Assembly: GCA_943846775.1 (NCBI GenBank)
Contig: OX044368.1
Coordinates: forward strand, 283,153-347,152
DNA: 64,000 bases
Origin: an uncultured PS1 clade bacterium
Lineage (GTDB): Bacteria; Pseudomonadota; Gammaproteobacteria; PS1; Pseudothioglobaceae
Reading direction: 5' to 3'
The translations under genes and the position numbers were made by a program. Positions 31,628 through 40,824 of the stretch are shown one piece after another. The notes beneath the pieces were generated by a model. The model saw only the letters and a program-made list of their open reading frames with translations, did no database searches and was not told where the DNA came from. Each line of letters opens with the position of its first letter. Position 1 is the stretch's first letter.

Positions 31628-32367
31628 TATTTATCACCTTTTGTAATTAATGTCTTTACCCAGCCTGAATTTTGCTCTCGAATTAATACCTCATCACGTG
31701 CTCGCATTAACAGCAAAGCACCATACAAAAACTTAAAGGCAAAACTAATCAACATCAGTGAAATAAACATATCTATTTGCATTGACACTTTATTAACACT
31801 AATTGAAGAACCTTGATGTAGGCTATTCCACCATTCAACTGAATAATAAATAATAGGAATATTAACCAAACCCACAATTGCTAAAACAGCGCTGGCTTTA
31901 GAGGCTGTTTTAGGATTGTCAAAGGCATTATTAAGCGATATATAGGCCAAGTACAAAAACAACAAAATAAGCTCTGACGTTAAGCGTGCATCCCATACCC
32001 ACCAAGTGCCCCACATAGGTTTACCCCAGACAGCGCCAGTTACCAATGCCAAAAACGTAAAAGCAGCGCCAATAGGTGCCGAAACTTTTGCAACGATATC
32101 GGCCAATTTGATTTGCCAAATAAGGCCAATAGCACTTGCGACCGCCATCACAATATAAATCAATAAACTCATCCATGCCGCAGGCACATGCACATACATA
32201 ATACGAACGCTATCGCCTTGCTGATAATCTGCAGGCGAAATGATGAGTGCCCAATACAACCCAACTATCGTTAAACCGATAAAAGGATACAAAAACCAAG
32301 GAATAATTTTCGCACTAATTTGATAGAAATTTTTAGGGGAGGCAAATGCCTGAATCCATTTCCACAT
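31627..32367 (-). CDS. ccmC: Haem exporter protein CcmC
   Basis: YVHVPAAW, WGKPMWGTWWVWDARLTS, WWNSLHQ. Confidence 0.97.
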   Translation of the reverse strand: MWKWIQAFASPKNFYQISAKIIPWFLYPFIGLTIVGLYWALIISPADYQQGDSVRIMYVHVPAAWMSLLIYIVMAVASAIGLIWQIKLADIVAKVSAPIGAAFTFLALVTGAVWGKPMWGTWWVWDARLTSELILLFLYLAYISLNNAFDNPKTASKASAVLAIVGLVNIPIIYYSVEWWNSLHQGSSISVNKVSMQIDMFISLMLISFAFKFLYGALLLMRARDEVLIREQNSGWVKTLITKGDK

Positions 32368-32394
32368 AAATGATTAATAATTAAAAGTTGAGAA

Positions 32395-33054
32395 TTATTT
32401 TAAGGATTTTTGCGCTACATTGTTGCGTAAATAAGTAGGCAATGGCAAATTACCATCAAACGCCTGATTTTTATCAATATGAGCCAATGCCAAATTAATT
32501 AGGTTTTCAGATTTAGGGTAAAAGTCTGCAGCATACTTGTTTATATTTGTCGCCCCAATCAGTTCGTTCTCATACGCACCCCATCCAGTGCCCACCCCCA
32601 TATAATCCATACCAAGCACTGGCGCTTCATCTGGTTTGCATAACGTCTCATGAGTCAAGACACCGCCCTCATAAATCCCCAAATAAACTTCACTCATACG
32701 GGCGTCGAGTGCGATAGCCACCTTATCAGTCTTATATTTTTTGCTCGCCCCAAAACCCACCACTTCCAACGTAGAAAAACCCAGCGTAGGGATATCAAAA
32801 GCCAACGACATGCCTTGTACTACACTCACGCACATGCGCACTCCGGTAAACGCACCAGGCCCTTTGGTATAAACGATCAAATCAAGATCAGCCACATTTA
32901 AGCTCGCCTCGTCAAGCACTTCATCGCACAATGGCAATATTAAGCTAGAACTTTTGGCCACATCTTTTAAAAATCGAGAAGTAGTATTGCCCTGTGTATA
33001 CAGACTAACAGAGCAAACCTCTGTACACGTATCAATAGCGAGAATATTTTTCAT
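32395..33054 (-). CDS. tsaB: tRNA threonylcarbamoyladenosine biosynthesis protein TsaB
   Basis: LAIDT.T..CSV, GPGAFTGVR, DARM.EVY, P.YLRN.VA. Confidence 0.93.
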   Translation of the reverse strand: MKNILAIDTCTEVCSVSLYTQGNTTSRFLKDVAKSSSLILPLCDEVLDEASLNVADLDLIVYTKGPGAFTGVRMCVSVVQGMSLAFDIPTLGFSTLEVVGFGASKKYKTDKVAIALDARMSEVYLGIYEGGVLTHETLCKPDEAPVLGMDYMGVGTGWGAYENELIGATNINKYAADFYPKSENLINLALAHIDKNQAFDGNLPLPTYLRNNVAQKSLK

Positions 33055-33058
33055 TAGG

Positions 33059-33709
33059 CTATTTTACAATCTTTTCATACTTATTGTACAAGCTCAACAC
33101 CAACTGTCTGCGCTTTGCTAGTCTTTGTGGATGTCTAACTGGATGATAAAAACTTGGACCCTTAACCAGAGCAACTAAAGTAGCAACCTCTTCTAAGCTT
33201 AACAACTCAATTGTTTGATTGAAATAAAATTGCGCTGCTTGGCCAAATCCACGCACTGGACGAGCACCCTTTTGCCCCAAATAAACACTATTCATATAAC
33301 GATTGAGAATGAATTGTTTATCAAAAGACATTTCTAGCAATAACGCCATCAAAACTTCTTTAAGCTTACGAGTCACTGTTCGCTCGCGAGTTAGTAGCGA
33401 ATTTTTAATCAATTGCTGTGTGAGCGTACTTGCTCCTCTCAAAGGCTTATCGTGTAATACATAATCTCTGATAACACGAACGATCTCTTTAAAATCCACG
33501 CCAGAATGCTCAAAAAACGACTGATCTTCTGTTATCAACAGCATATTTATTGCCACGCTAGATTGCTGATCATAGGTGATGAAATTAGCGCTTTCTGGCT
33601 TTGAAAACTCACGCTTCACAATATTATTAAGATAATTCACATACACAGCAAACACAACAAAAACAAGTGCTATAGAGTATCTAAGCCATTTTAAAAAATT
33701 TCGATTCAT
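33059..33709 (-). CDS. Stand-alone peptidoglycan glycosyltransferase (GT51) with N-terminal anchor
   Basis: EDQSFFEHSGVD, GASTLTQQLIKN, RKLKE, YMNSVYLG; no transpeptidase domain. Confidence 0.85.
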   Translation of the reverse strand: MNRNFLKWLRYSIALVFVVFAVYVNYLNNIVKREFSKPESANFITYDQQSSVAINMLLITEDQSFFEHSGVDFKEIVRVIRDYVLHDKPLRGASTLTQQLIKNSLLTRERTVTRKLKEVLMALLLEMSFDKQFILNRYMNSVYLGQKGARPVRGFGQAAQFYFNQTIELLSLEEVATLVALVKGPSFYHPVRHPQRLAKRRQLVLSLYNKYEKIVK

Positions 33710-34142
33710 CGCCTATTATTTGAATTTATTGTAAAAATACATGTTGCACAGTTTAACAACTAAGCAGCATTTAATCTACACAAGCTTATAAGCAAAATTA
33801 CTCTCTAAAAAATTAGCAAATATTGAAAATAAGGAAACTTGTAGGCAAAACATTCATTTTTTAACAATATTTTTCTTATCAATATTCCTTTATTGATTGA
33901 AAAATACCTAAAAACAAGCATTTTAAGGATTTTAGCGCGATAAAATCTCACGCTAACGTATATTTATTAACCAAACAAAGATATTTCTTGACTTTGAGCG
34001 AGCGCCTTTAAAAAATTTCACAAATTTTGCAAATGGATAGATTTTAAAAAAAATAAACCACGCCGAATCAAAATGTGGGCTTTAATCAATATATGATAGT
34101 AATTTAAACGTTCAAAACCCATCAATTAGTATAAAATACCCA

Positions 34143-34196
34143 CTCCCTTGCTTGAGAACATGGTGTTCCAAGCTATTTATTAATAACCATAAGGAG
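34143..34196 (+). promoter_or_regulatory. Putative S6:S18-responsive rpsF leader
   Basis: CTCCCTT (contains CCC) can pair with the AAGGAG SD; inner hairpin gcttg-a-gaaca/tgttc-caagc. Confidence 0.55.
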
Positions 34197-34204
34197 AAAG
34201 ACTC

Positions 34205-34552
34205 ATGAGACATTATGAGATTACACTTATTGTGCACCCTGACCAATCGGCTCAAGTAAGCACAATGATGGATAACTACAAAGAGATCATCACCACTGGT
34301 GGCGGACAAATTCATAGAGAAGAAGATTGGGGTCGTAAGCACCTAGCTTACCCAATTAACAAAATCTATAAAGCCCACTACTTATCAATGAACATTGAGT
34401 GTGATCAAGATACGCTTGATAAACTTAACTATAACTTCCGTTTTAACGATGCGGTGCTTAGAAACTTAATTATTTCTGAAAATAGCGCAATTACTGAGCC
34501 TTCAATTATGATGAGCACTAAAGACGAAGACAAGAAACCCGTTAGAAAATAG
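34205..34552 (+). CDS. rpsF: 30S ribosomal protein S6
   Basis: MRHYEI..IVHPDQS, EDWGR..LAYPI.K. Confidence 0.98.
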   Translation: MRHYEITLIVHPDQSAQVSTMMDNYKEIITTGGGQIHREEDWGRKHLAYPINKIYKAHYLSMNIECDQDTLDKLNYNFRFNDAVLRNLIISENSAITEPSIMMSTKDEDKKPVRK

Positions 34553-34561
34553 GAGAATATT

Positions 34562-34816
34562 ATGGCTAAGCAACAAAAGAGAAAGCGTAGACCTCAAATC
34601 AAAGTGAACACTTTTTGTCGTTTTACAGCGGCAGGTGTTGAAAAAATTGACTATAAAGATGTTGATACATTATTAAAGAATATTGATGAAAGTGGAAAAA
34701 TCACACCATCAAGAATGACAGGCACTAGCGCTAAATTTCAGCGTCAGTTAACAACTGCCATTAAGAGAGCTAGATTTTTAGCCCTAATTCCTTACACTGA
34801 TAAGCACAAGAAATAG
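34562..34816 (+). CDS. rpsR: 30S ribosomal protein S18
   Basis: IDYKDV, GKITPSR.TGT, AIKRAR.LAL.PY. Confidence 0.98.
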   Translation: MAKQQKRKRRPQIKVNTFCRFTAAGVEKIDYKDVDTLLKNIDESGKITPSRMTGTSAKFQRQLTTAIKRARFLALIPYTDKHKK

Positions 34817-34827
34817 GAGGTCTGATC

Positions 34828-35280
34828 ATGCAAGTAATTTTATTAGAAACCATTCAGAAAGTAGGCGCCTTAGGCGAGCTTGCTAATGTTAAAGCGGGCT
34901 ATGCTCGTAACTATTTAATCCCTCAAGGCAAAGCTAAGCCAGCAACAAAAGCTAACTTAGCAGAATTTGAAACACTTAAAGCTTCTCTTCAAGCAAAAGA
35001 AGCAGCTGTGCTTAAAGAAGCTCAAGCTGTTGAAGCTAAAATGACAGGTACAGTTTGTACAATTAGCGCTAATGCAGGTGACGAAGGCAAACTATTCGGC
35101 TCGATCACTACAGCTGATATTTCAGCAAGCTTAGCAGCTGCTGGATTTGAAGTTGAAAAACGCAACGTTAATATGCCAGAAGCTATTCGCCATACAGGTG
35201 AGTACGATGTTAGTGTTACCTTACATTCTTCAATTTCAGTGGCTATTAAAGTGGTTATTGAGGCGCAAGAAGAAGAGTAA
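34828..35280 (+). CDS. rplI: 50S ribosomal protein L9
   Basis: VKAGYARNYLIP, GKLFGSI. Confidence 0.98.
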   Translation: MQVILLETIQKVGALGELANVKAGYARNYLIPQGKAKPATKANLAEFETLKASLQAKEAAVLKEAQAVEAKMTGTVCTISANAGDEGKLFGSITTADISASLAAAGFEVEKRNVNMPEAIRHTGEYDVSVTLHSSISVAIKVVIEAQEEE

Positions 35281-35311
35281 AAATTTAACTTAAAATTGAG
35301 TTAAAATTAAG

Positions 35312-35333
35312 AACCCTCGCAAGAGGGTTTTTT
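35312..35333 (+). terminator. Intrinsic terminator after rplI
   Basis: aaccctc-GCAA-gagggtt followed by a T tract. Confidence 0.85.
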
Positions 35334-35350
35334 ATTTTTTAAACTAGCTT

Positions 35351-36796
35351 ATGAACATCGAAAACGTTAAAGTTCCGCCTAATTCTATCGACTCAGAGCA
35401 ATCTGTTTTGGGCGGCCTTCTTTTGCATAATGATGCCTGGGATCAAGTAGCTGATATTTTAACGGAGGTGGATTTTTACAATGCCGCACACCGAATTATT
35501 TTTGAGGCTATCTCTACCTTGCTTCAGCATGATCAGCCAGCTGACATTTTAACTGTTAAAGAACATGTTAAAAAAACGGGCAACGAAGAGGTGATTGGTG
35601 GTTTTGTATATTTGGCACAAATTGCTGAAAATACGCCTAGCATTTCAAATATTGAGGCATATGCCAAACACGTGCGCGAGTTGAGTGTTTATCGACAATT
35701 AATTATTGCCAGCCACGAAATTGCAGATACAGCCTACAACCCTAAAGAAATGGAAGTGCAACAACTCATCGACCTATCTGAGAAAAAAATATTCGAAATT
35801 GCCGAGCAAGTAACTCGTGGCAAGCAAGATGTGACGAATGTTAAAGATATAATTAAAGATGTGGTCAATCGTGTTCATGAAATGCAAGAATCTGAAGGTG
35901 TTACCGGCCTAGAGACAGGATTTACCGAACTAGACAAGCTCACTTCAGGTCTGCAAAATGGCGATTTAATTATTGTTGCAGGGCGTCCTTCTATGGGTAA
36001 AACTGCTTTTTCAATGAATATTGTTGAGCATGTGGCTATTACTGCTAAAGAGCCTAAGCCTGTGGCAGTCTTCAGTTTGGAGATGCCGACAGAGTCGTTA
36101 GTTATGCGTATGATTACTTCATTTGGTCATATTAAAGGTGAAAACCTAAAAGACACTATGACTGAAACAGATTGGAATAGTTTTAACCATGCAGTTTTAG
36201 CACTGGAAAAGTCAACGGTTTTAATTGATGAAACCCCTTCTATCACACCGACTGAAATCAGAGCTAAATGTCGGCGTTTAAAACGACAATATCCTGATTT
36301 GTCGCTTATTATGGTGGATTATTTACAGCTAATGGTTGTACACGGTAAGAGTGAGAATCGCGTTCAAGAAATCTCAGAAATTTCTCGCTCTCTAAAAGCG
36401 CTTGCTAAGGAAATCAACGTGCCTGTTATTGCTCTTTCTCAGCTTAATCGTGGCGTAGAATCTCGTCCTAAAGCTGGCAAAGGGCGTATGCCACAAATGT
36501 CAGACTTGCGTGAATCCGGCTCAATTGAACAAGATGCAGATATTATCGCTTTTATTTATCGTGACCAACAATACCACGATGACACTTATTCTAACCCTGA
36601 AGAAATAGGCAAGGCAGATCTGCAAATTGCCAAACACAGAAATGGTTCTACCGGCAGACTCAAGCTGGCCTTTATTGGTGAATATGCACGCTTTGAAGAT
36701 TTGGCCAATGAAGATCAATTCCAAGGTATGCCTGATGAACAAATAGATGCAGCCTACAATAACAATATAGCCAACTTTGACCAAGAGCCTTTCTAG
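35351..36796 (+). CDS. dnaB: Replicative DNA helicase
   Basis: PP.S..SEQSVLGG, AGRPSMGKT, DYLQL, LSQLNR, DLRESGSIEQDAD. Confidence 0.98.
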   Translation: MNIENVKVPPNSIDSEQSVLGGLLLHNDAWDQVADILTEVDFYNAAHRIIFEAISTLLQHDQPADILTVKEHVKKTGNEEVIGGFVYLAQIAENTPSISNIEAYAKHVRELSVYRQLIIASHEIADTAYNPKEMEVQQLIDLSEKKIFEIAEQVTRGKQDVTNVKDIIKDVVNRVHEMQESEGVTGLETGFTELDKLTSGLQNGDLIIVAGRPSMGKTAFSMNIVEHVAITAKEPKPVAVFSLEMPTESLVMRMITSFGHIKGENLKDTMTETDWNSFNHAVLALEKSTVLIDETPSITPTEIRAKCRRLKRQYPDLSLIMVDYLQLMVVHGKSENRVQEISEISRSLKALAKEINVPVIALSQLNRGVESRPKAGKGRMPQMSDLRESGSIEQDADIIAFIYRDQQYHDDTYSNPEEIGKADLQIAKHRNGSTGRLKLAFIGEYARFEDLANEDQFQGMPDEQIDAAYNNNIANFDQEPF

Positions 36797-36802
36797 CTTT
36801 TT

Positions 36803-37849
36803 ATGAATGCTGTAGCCGCTATTTCACAATCAGCCTTGGCTCACAATTTATCTGTTGTTCGCATACATGCGCCACAGTCAAAAGTGGTTGGCATGGTAAA
36901 AGCAAATGCTTATGGTCATCACCTTGACTTAATTACACCTTTGTTTGCAGCTGACATATTAGCCGTTAGTGAGCTCAGCGAAGCTCGAAGATTACGCTCA
37001 TTGACGCAAAAACCCATTCTACTTCTACCGGGTGTTTTTACTAAAAAAGACCTACAAGAAGCCTTATTGCTAAATTGTCATCTGACTTTTCATGATCTTA
37101 CGCAGTTGGAAGTTCTCATGAGTAGCAAACATCCTGTCAAACTGTGGATTAAAGTTGATACTGGCATGCATCGACTCGGGATTTCAAGCGATAGCTTAAA
37201 AAGCGTTTTAGATCAACTGAAAAACCATAAGCATATTCAGATTGAATGCATTATGAGTCACTTCTCTTGTGCTGATGAGCCTACGCATCCTAAAAATACT
37301 CAACAATTAGATACTTTTAATCAGCTCGACACGCAAGATTTTTATCGGTCGATGGCCAATTCAGCCTCGATTATAAGCCGAACCAAATCACATTTTGATT
37401 ATGTGCGCCCTGGCATTATGTTGTATGGCGCCTCCCCCTTTTCAAAAGTTGATAAGCAACTCATGCCTGTGATGGAACTATCTGCGCCTATTTTGAGCAT
37501 TAAAGTCGTTAAAGCTGGTGAGAGTGTTGGTTATGGCGCCACTTGGCAGGCAGAAAAAGACACGCGCATTGCAATTGTTGGGATTGGTTATGGTGATGGC
37601 TATCCTCGCCATGCAAAAAATGGCACACCTATATTAATCAATAACAACTTATGTGCATTAGCAGGTCGGGTATCAATGGATCTGATTTGCGTTGATATTA
37701 AAGAAACAGACGCTCAGATTGGCGATCGCGCCATCTTGTGGGGGAATGATCAACTACACGTTGAAACAGTAGCCTCTCATAGTCAAACCATCGCCTACGA
37801 ACTACTAACCGGGGTTAGCAATCGTGTAACCTTTGCCCAGCGTGCCTAA
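36803..37849 (+). CDS. alr: Alanine racemase
   Basis: VKANAYGH, KVDTGMHRLG, VRPGIMLYG, GYGDGYPR, GRVSMD. Confidence 0.96.
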   Translation: MNAVAAISQSALAHNLSVVRIHAPQSKVVGMVKANAYGHHLDLITPLFAADILAVSELSEARRLRSLTQKPILLLPGVFTKKDLQEALLLNCHLTFHDLTQLEVLMSSKHPVKLWIKVDTGMHRLGISSDSLKSVLDQLKNHKHIQIECIMSHFSCADEPTHPKNTQQLDTFNQLDTQDFYRSMANSASIISRTKSHFDYVRPGIMLYGASPFSKVDKQLMPVMELSAPILSIKVVKAGESVGYGATWQAEKDTRIAIVGIGYGDGYPRHAKNGTPILINNNLCALAGRVSMDLICVDIKETDAQIGDRAILWGNDQLHVETVASHSQTIAYELLTGVSNRVTFAQRA

Positions 37850-38540
37850 ACTGATTCAAATAAGCGATTGTCATATTGATGATCAACGTATAGTCATGGG
37901 AGTTGATTCTCAAAGCAACCTTCAGTTGGTTGTTCAGCAGATTAATCAGAGCGAATTTGACGCTTTATTGATTAGTGGTGATTTAACACATCACGGCTCC
38001 TTAAATTCTTATCAAACTTTAAAAACTATTCTCTCCCCTATTCAGCAGCCAATTTTTGTTATTGGGGGTAATCATGATCAAGCTCAAAACCTAACTCAAG
38101 TTTTTAAACAAAATTTATTAACAAGTGCTAAATTTGATAATTGGGAAGTGATTAGTATCGATTCCGTCCAAGTAGAACAAACTAACGGTCTTGTTAGCGA
38201 ATCAGCTTTAATAGAACTAGATAAGGCTTGTTTAAACTCTAGTGCGACACATATTATGATTGTTCTGCATCATCCCGTTGTGCCTATGAACAGTAGCTGG
38301 GATGACGAATTGTCATTAACCAACCCTCAAAATTTGTTTGAAATATTAGACAAGCATTCTAAAATACGTGCTGTTGTGTTTGGCCATGCTCATGAGGCTG
38401 CTAAATTTTCTCGTTTAGGGGTGGATATCTATTCATGCCCATCAACTGCCTTACAATTTGACTCAGAAACTAGAATAGGTTTTAACGAATTTGAACTCGC
38501 CAATAATGGAGCCATCAACCATAAAACGCAATGGATTTAA
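37842..38540 (+). CDS. cpdA: CpdA/Icc-like metallophosphoesterase (probable GTG start)
   Basis: SDCH, SGDLT, GNHD, LHH, FGHAH, CPST. Confidence 0.8.
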   Translation: MPKLIQISDCHIDDQRIVMGVDSQSNLQLVVQQINQSEFDALLISGDLTHHGSLNSYQTLKTILSPIQQPIFVIGGNHDQAQNLTQVFKQNLLTSAKFDNWEVISIDSVQVEQTNGLVSESALIELDKACLNSSATHIMIVLHHPVVPMNSSWDDELSLTNPQNLFEILDKHSKIRAVVFGHAHEAAKFSRLGVDIYSCPSTALQFDSETRIGFNEFELANNGAINHKTQWI

Positions 38541-38986
38541 ACTCACAATATTTACATAATTTATACAATTCTCGCCAGTCTAAAACTTATAGTGATGTCT
38601 CGCAATTATTTGAATTAAATTATCAAAAAATTCTTAAGCTCATTCCTTTGATTGAGCAAACAGCTCATACTAGTGTGATTCTCCATCCTAGTCATCCAGA
38701 CTTATATCTAATGGTGGAACAGCGTTTTGCTCATACGGGTATTTTTACGTTGACGCATATTCTTAAAGAGAATATTCATAAACCCGATATTAAATTTAAA
38801 GTCTATTTTGATGCGCAGCTCGTTGAAGTGCTGTCAGTTTGCAATGAAACTGTATTAAATAGTGAACACCCCTATTTAACTCAATGTAGCGATTTAAATA
38901 TACAATGGGAGCTAAACTTATTTATCGAAAAATGGCTAGACTATTGTTTGGACCAATACCAAGGAAAACCATGGCAGACACTGTAG
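38531..38986 (+). CDS. DUF1249 (YqiB-like) protein
   Basis: E.NY..I.KLIP, PD..FKVY.DAQL.EV, LN.F...WL.YCL. Confidence 0.8.
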   Translation: MDLNSQYLHNLYNSRQSKTYSDVSQLFELNYQKILKLIPLIEQTAHTSVILHPSHPDLYLMVEQRFAHTGIFTLTHILKENIHKPDIKFKVYFDAQLVEVLSVCNETVLNSEHPYLTQCSDLNIQWELNLFIEKWLDYCLDQYQGKPWQTL

Positions 38987-39873
38987 ATCCAAAGGCTAAA
39001 AACAAACTAGTGATTGCGATTTCTTCTAGAGCATTATTTGATCTAGATCAATCGCATCAAATCTTTAAAAAGCAAGGGGTTGAGGCCTATGCTAAGCATC
39101 AAGAAGAGAACGAGAATGTCGTCTTACCACCAGGCGTTGGCTTTTCTTTGGTCAAAAAATTACTAGCACTCAATACCAAAAAAAATCCAATCGATGTTAT
39201 TTTGCTCTCTAGAAATAGTGCGGATACGGGTCTACGTATTTTTAACTCGATTGAACACTACGACCTTAATATTTCACGCGCCGCTTTTACTCGTGGAGAA
39301 AGTACGCACAACTTGGTTGGCGCTTTTGAAGCAGATTTGTTTTTATCTAGCAACTATCAAGATGTGCAAAAAGCTTTAGAATCAGGCTTTGCCGCTGCCT
39401 CAATTGTAGGTGCAAGCTCTAAAGATGCTCATGAAACACAACTTAGAATTGCCTTTGATGGAGACGCTGTTATATTTTCGGATGAAGCTGAAAAGATATT
39501 TCAAGAAAAAGGCATTGATGCTTTTGAAGAAAATGAACGAAAATCTGCTAATGTAGAGCTTAAAGCAGGGCCATTCAAGTGTTTCTTAAAATCATTACAT
39601 AAGATTCAATCAGCTTTTCCTGTTGAAAACAATCCTATTCGCACCGCACTCGTCACTGCACGCTCTGCCCCTTCACACAAACGTGTTATTCATACGATGC
39701 GTGAATGGGGTATTCGTATCGATGAATCGTTTTTTTTAGGTGGGCTCGATAAAGGGGTTTTTTTAAAAGAGTTTAGTGCTGATATTTTCTTTGATGATCA
39801 ACACTCGCATTGCGAATCTGCTTCTCAATATGTGCCTACTGGGCATGTTCCTAATGGCATCTCAAATTCATGA
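38971..39873 (+). CDS. 5'-nucleotidase (cytosolic IB-like family)
   Basis: LVIAISSRALFDL, LLSRNSADTGLR, RIAFDGDAVIFSD, LVTAR, DIFFDDQ; AAGGA RBS before ATG 38971. Confidence 0.88.
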   Translation: MADTVDPKAKNKLVIAISSRALFDLDQSHQIFKKQGVEAYAKHQEENENVVLPPGVGFSLVKKLLALNTKKNPIDVILLSRNSADTGLRIFNSIEHYDLNISRAAFTRGESTHNLVGAFEADLFLSSNYQDVQKALESGFAAASIVGASSKDAHETQLRIAFDGDAVIFSDEAEKIFQEKGIDAFEENERKSANVELKAGPFKCFLKSLHKIQSAFPVENNPIRTALVTARSAPSHKRVIHTMREWGIRIDESFFLGGLDKGVFLKEFSADIFFDDQHSHCESASQYVPTGHVPNGISNS

Positions 39874-40779
39874 CTTTTGACACTCGGGCTTTTTTTAGTA
39901 GCGCCTTATCAACAGCCAAAGTTATTGTATTTACGGTGATTCCTTATTTTTTACTGGCTGAATTACTTATGTATTTTGAGTTAATGCCTATCATTGCTCA
40001 AGTGTTTGAGCCTTTTACTACTTTGCTTAACCTGCCACCAGAGGCAGCACTAGCGCTGGCTTCAGGTGTATTTCTAAATTTATATGCTGCTATTGCCTTT
40101 GCCGCTCCTTTAGGATTAAGTGTTTATGATTGGACTGTTTTGGGATTGTTCTTAGGCGTATTACATTCTATTCCAATCGAATCAGCAATTATGAAAAAAT
40201 TGGGTATTGATTGGTTACACTCAGTTGGTTTTAGACTAGTCATGGCCTTTGTTGTGCTGACGCCGCTACTCATTATCCCAACGGAGCTCTTATTTGACAA
40301 TCCGGATCAAATTGCCAGCGCCCTATATCAGCCTACATTAGTTGTGGCGGATAATTTCACCGACTTTATATTGCAAAAAAGTTATGAGGCCACCTTACTG
40401 GCGGTTGAGATTATTATTTTAGTCAGTTTGGTTATTTTTGTTGTAACGATTATCAAAGGTTTAAAAATTTTACAAAAATTTGATCACCATCTCAGTACAG
40501 TTATGGCGCTAGTTACCGGCTCTACTAATTGGTATTACTTATGGTGCAGGCGTGCTTCTCAAGGAAGCTCGCTATATGAGTAAAAAACAAGTGATCTCAG
40601 TGTGTTATTTTTTAATGGTGGCGCACGCTATTATTGAAGACACCTTACTGTTTGTATTTTTTGGCGCTGATATTTTCTTGCTCATAGGAATTCGTTTATT
40701 TTTTGCTATTATTGTGTTTTTTCTCATCTCTACTTATTACAATACAAGTGACACTGAATACAAGGCTAAAGCCTTGTAA
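39870..40779 (+). pseudogene. Nucleoside-recognition (Gate) domain membrane protein with a +1 frameshift
   Basis: Removing one base at about 40520-40521 turns GSTNWYY into GLLIGITYGAGVLLKEAR and joins the two ORFs, ending in HAIIEDTLLF. Confidence 0.7.
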
Positions 40780-40824
40780 TTATTGGTAAAATACTTGCTT
40801 TAATCTTATCTTTTGACCATCAAA

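Noticed and set aside
33710-34204. Replication origin in the long AT-rich spacer
   Set aside because: No TTATCCACA-type boxes seen and no dnaA or gidA nearby
35351-36796. Intein in DnaB
   Set aside because: Normal length (481 aa) with contiguous motifs; only a few extra residues near RPKAGKGR
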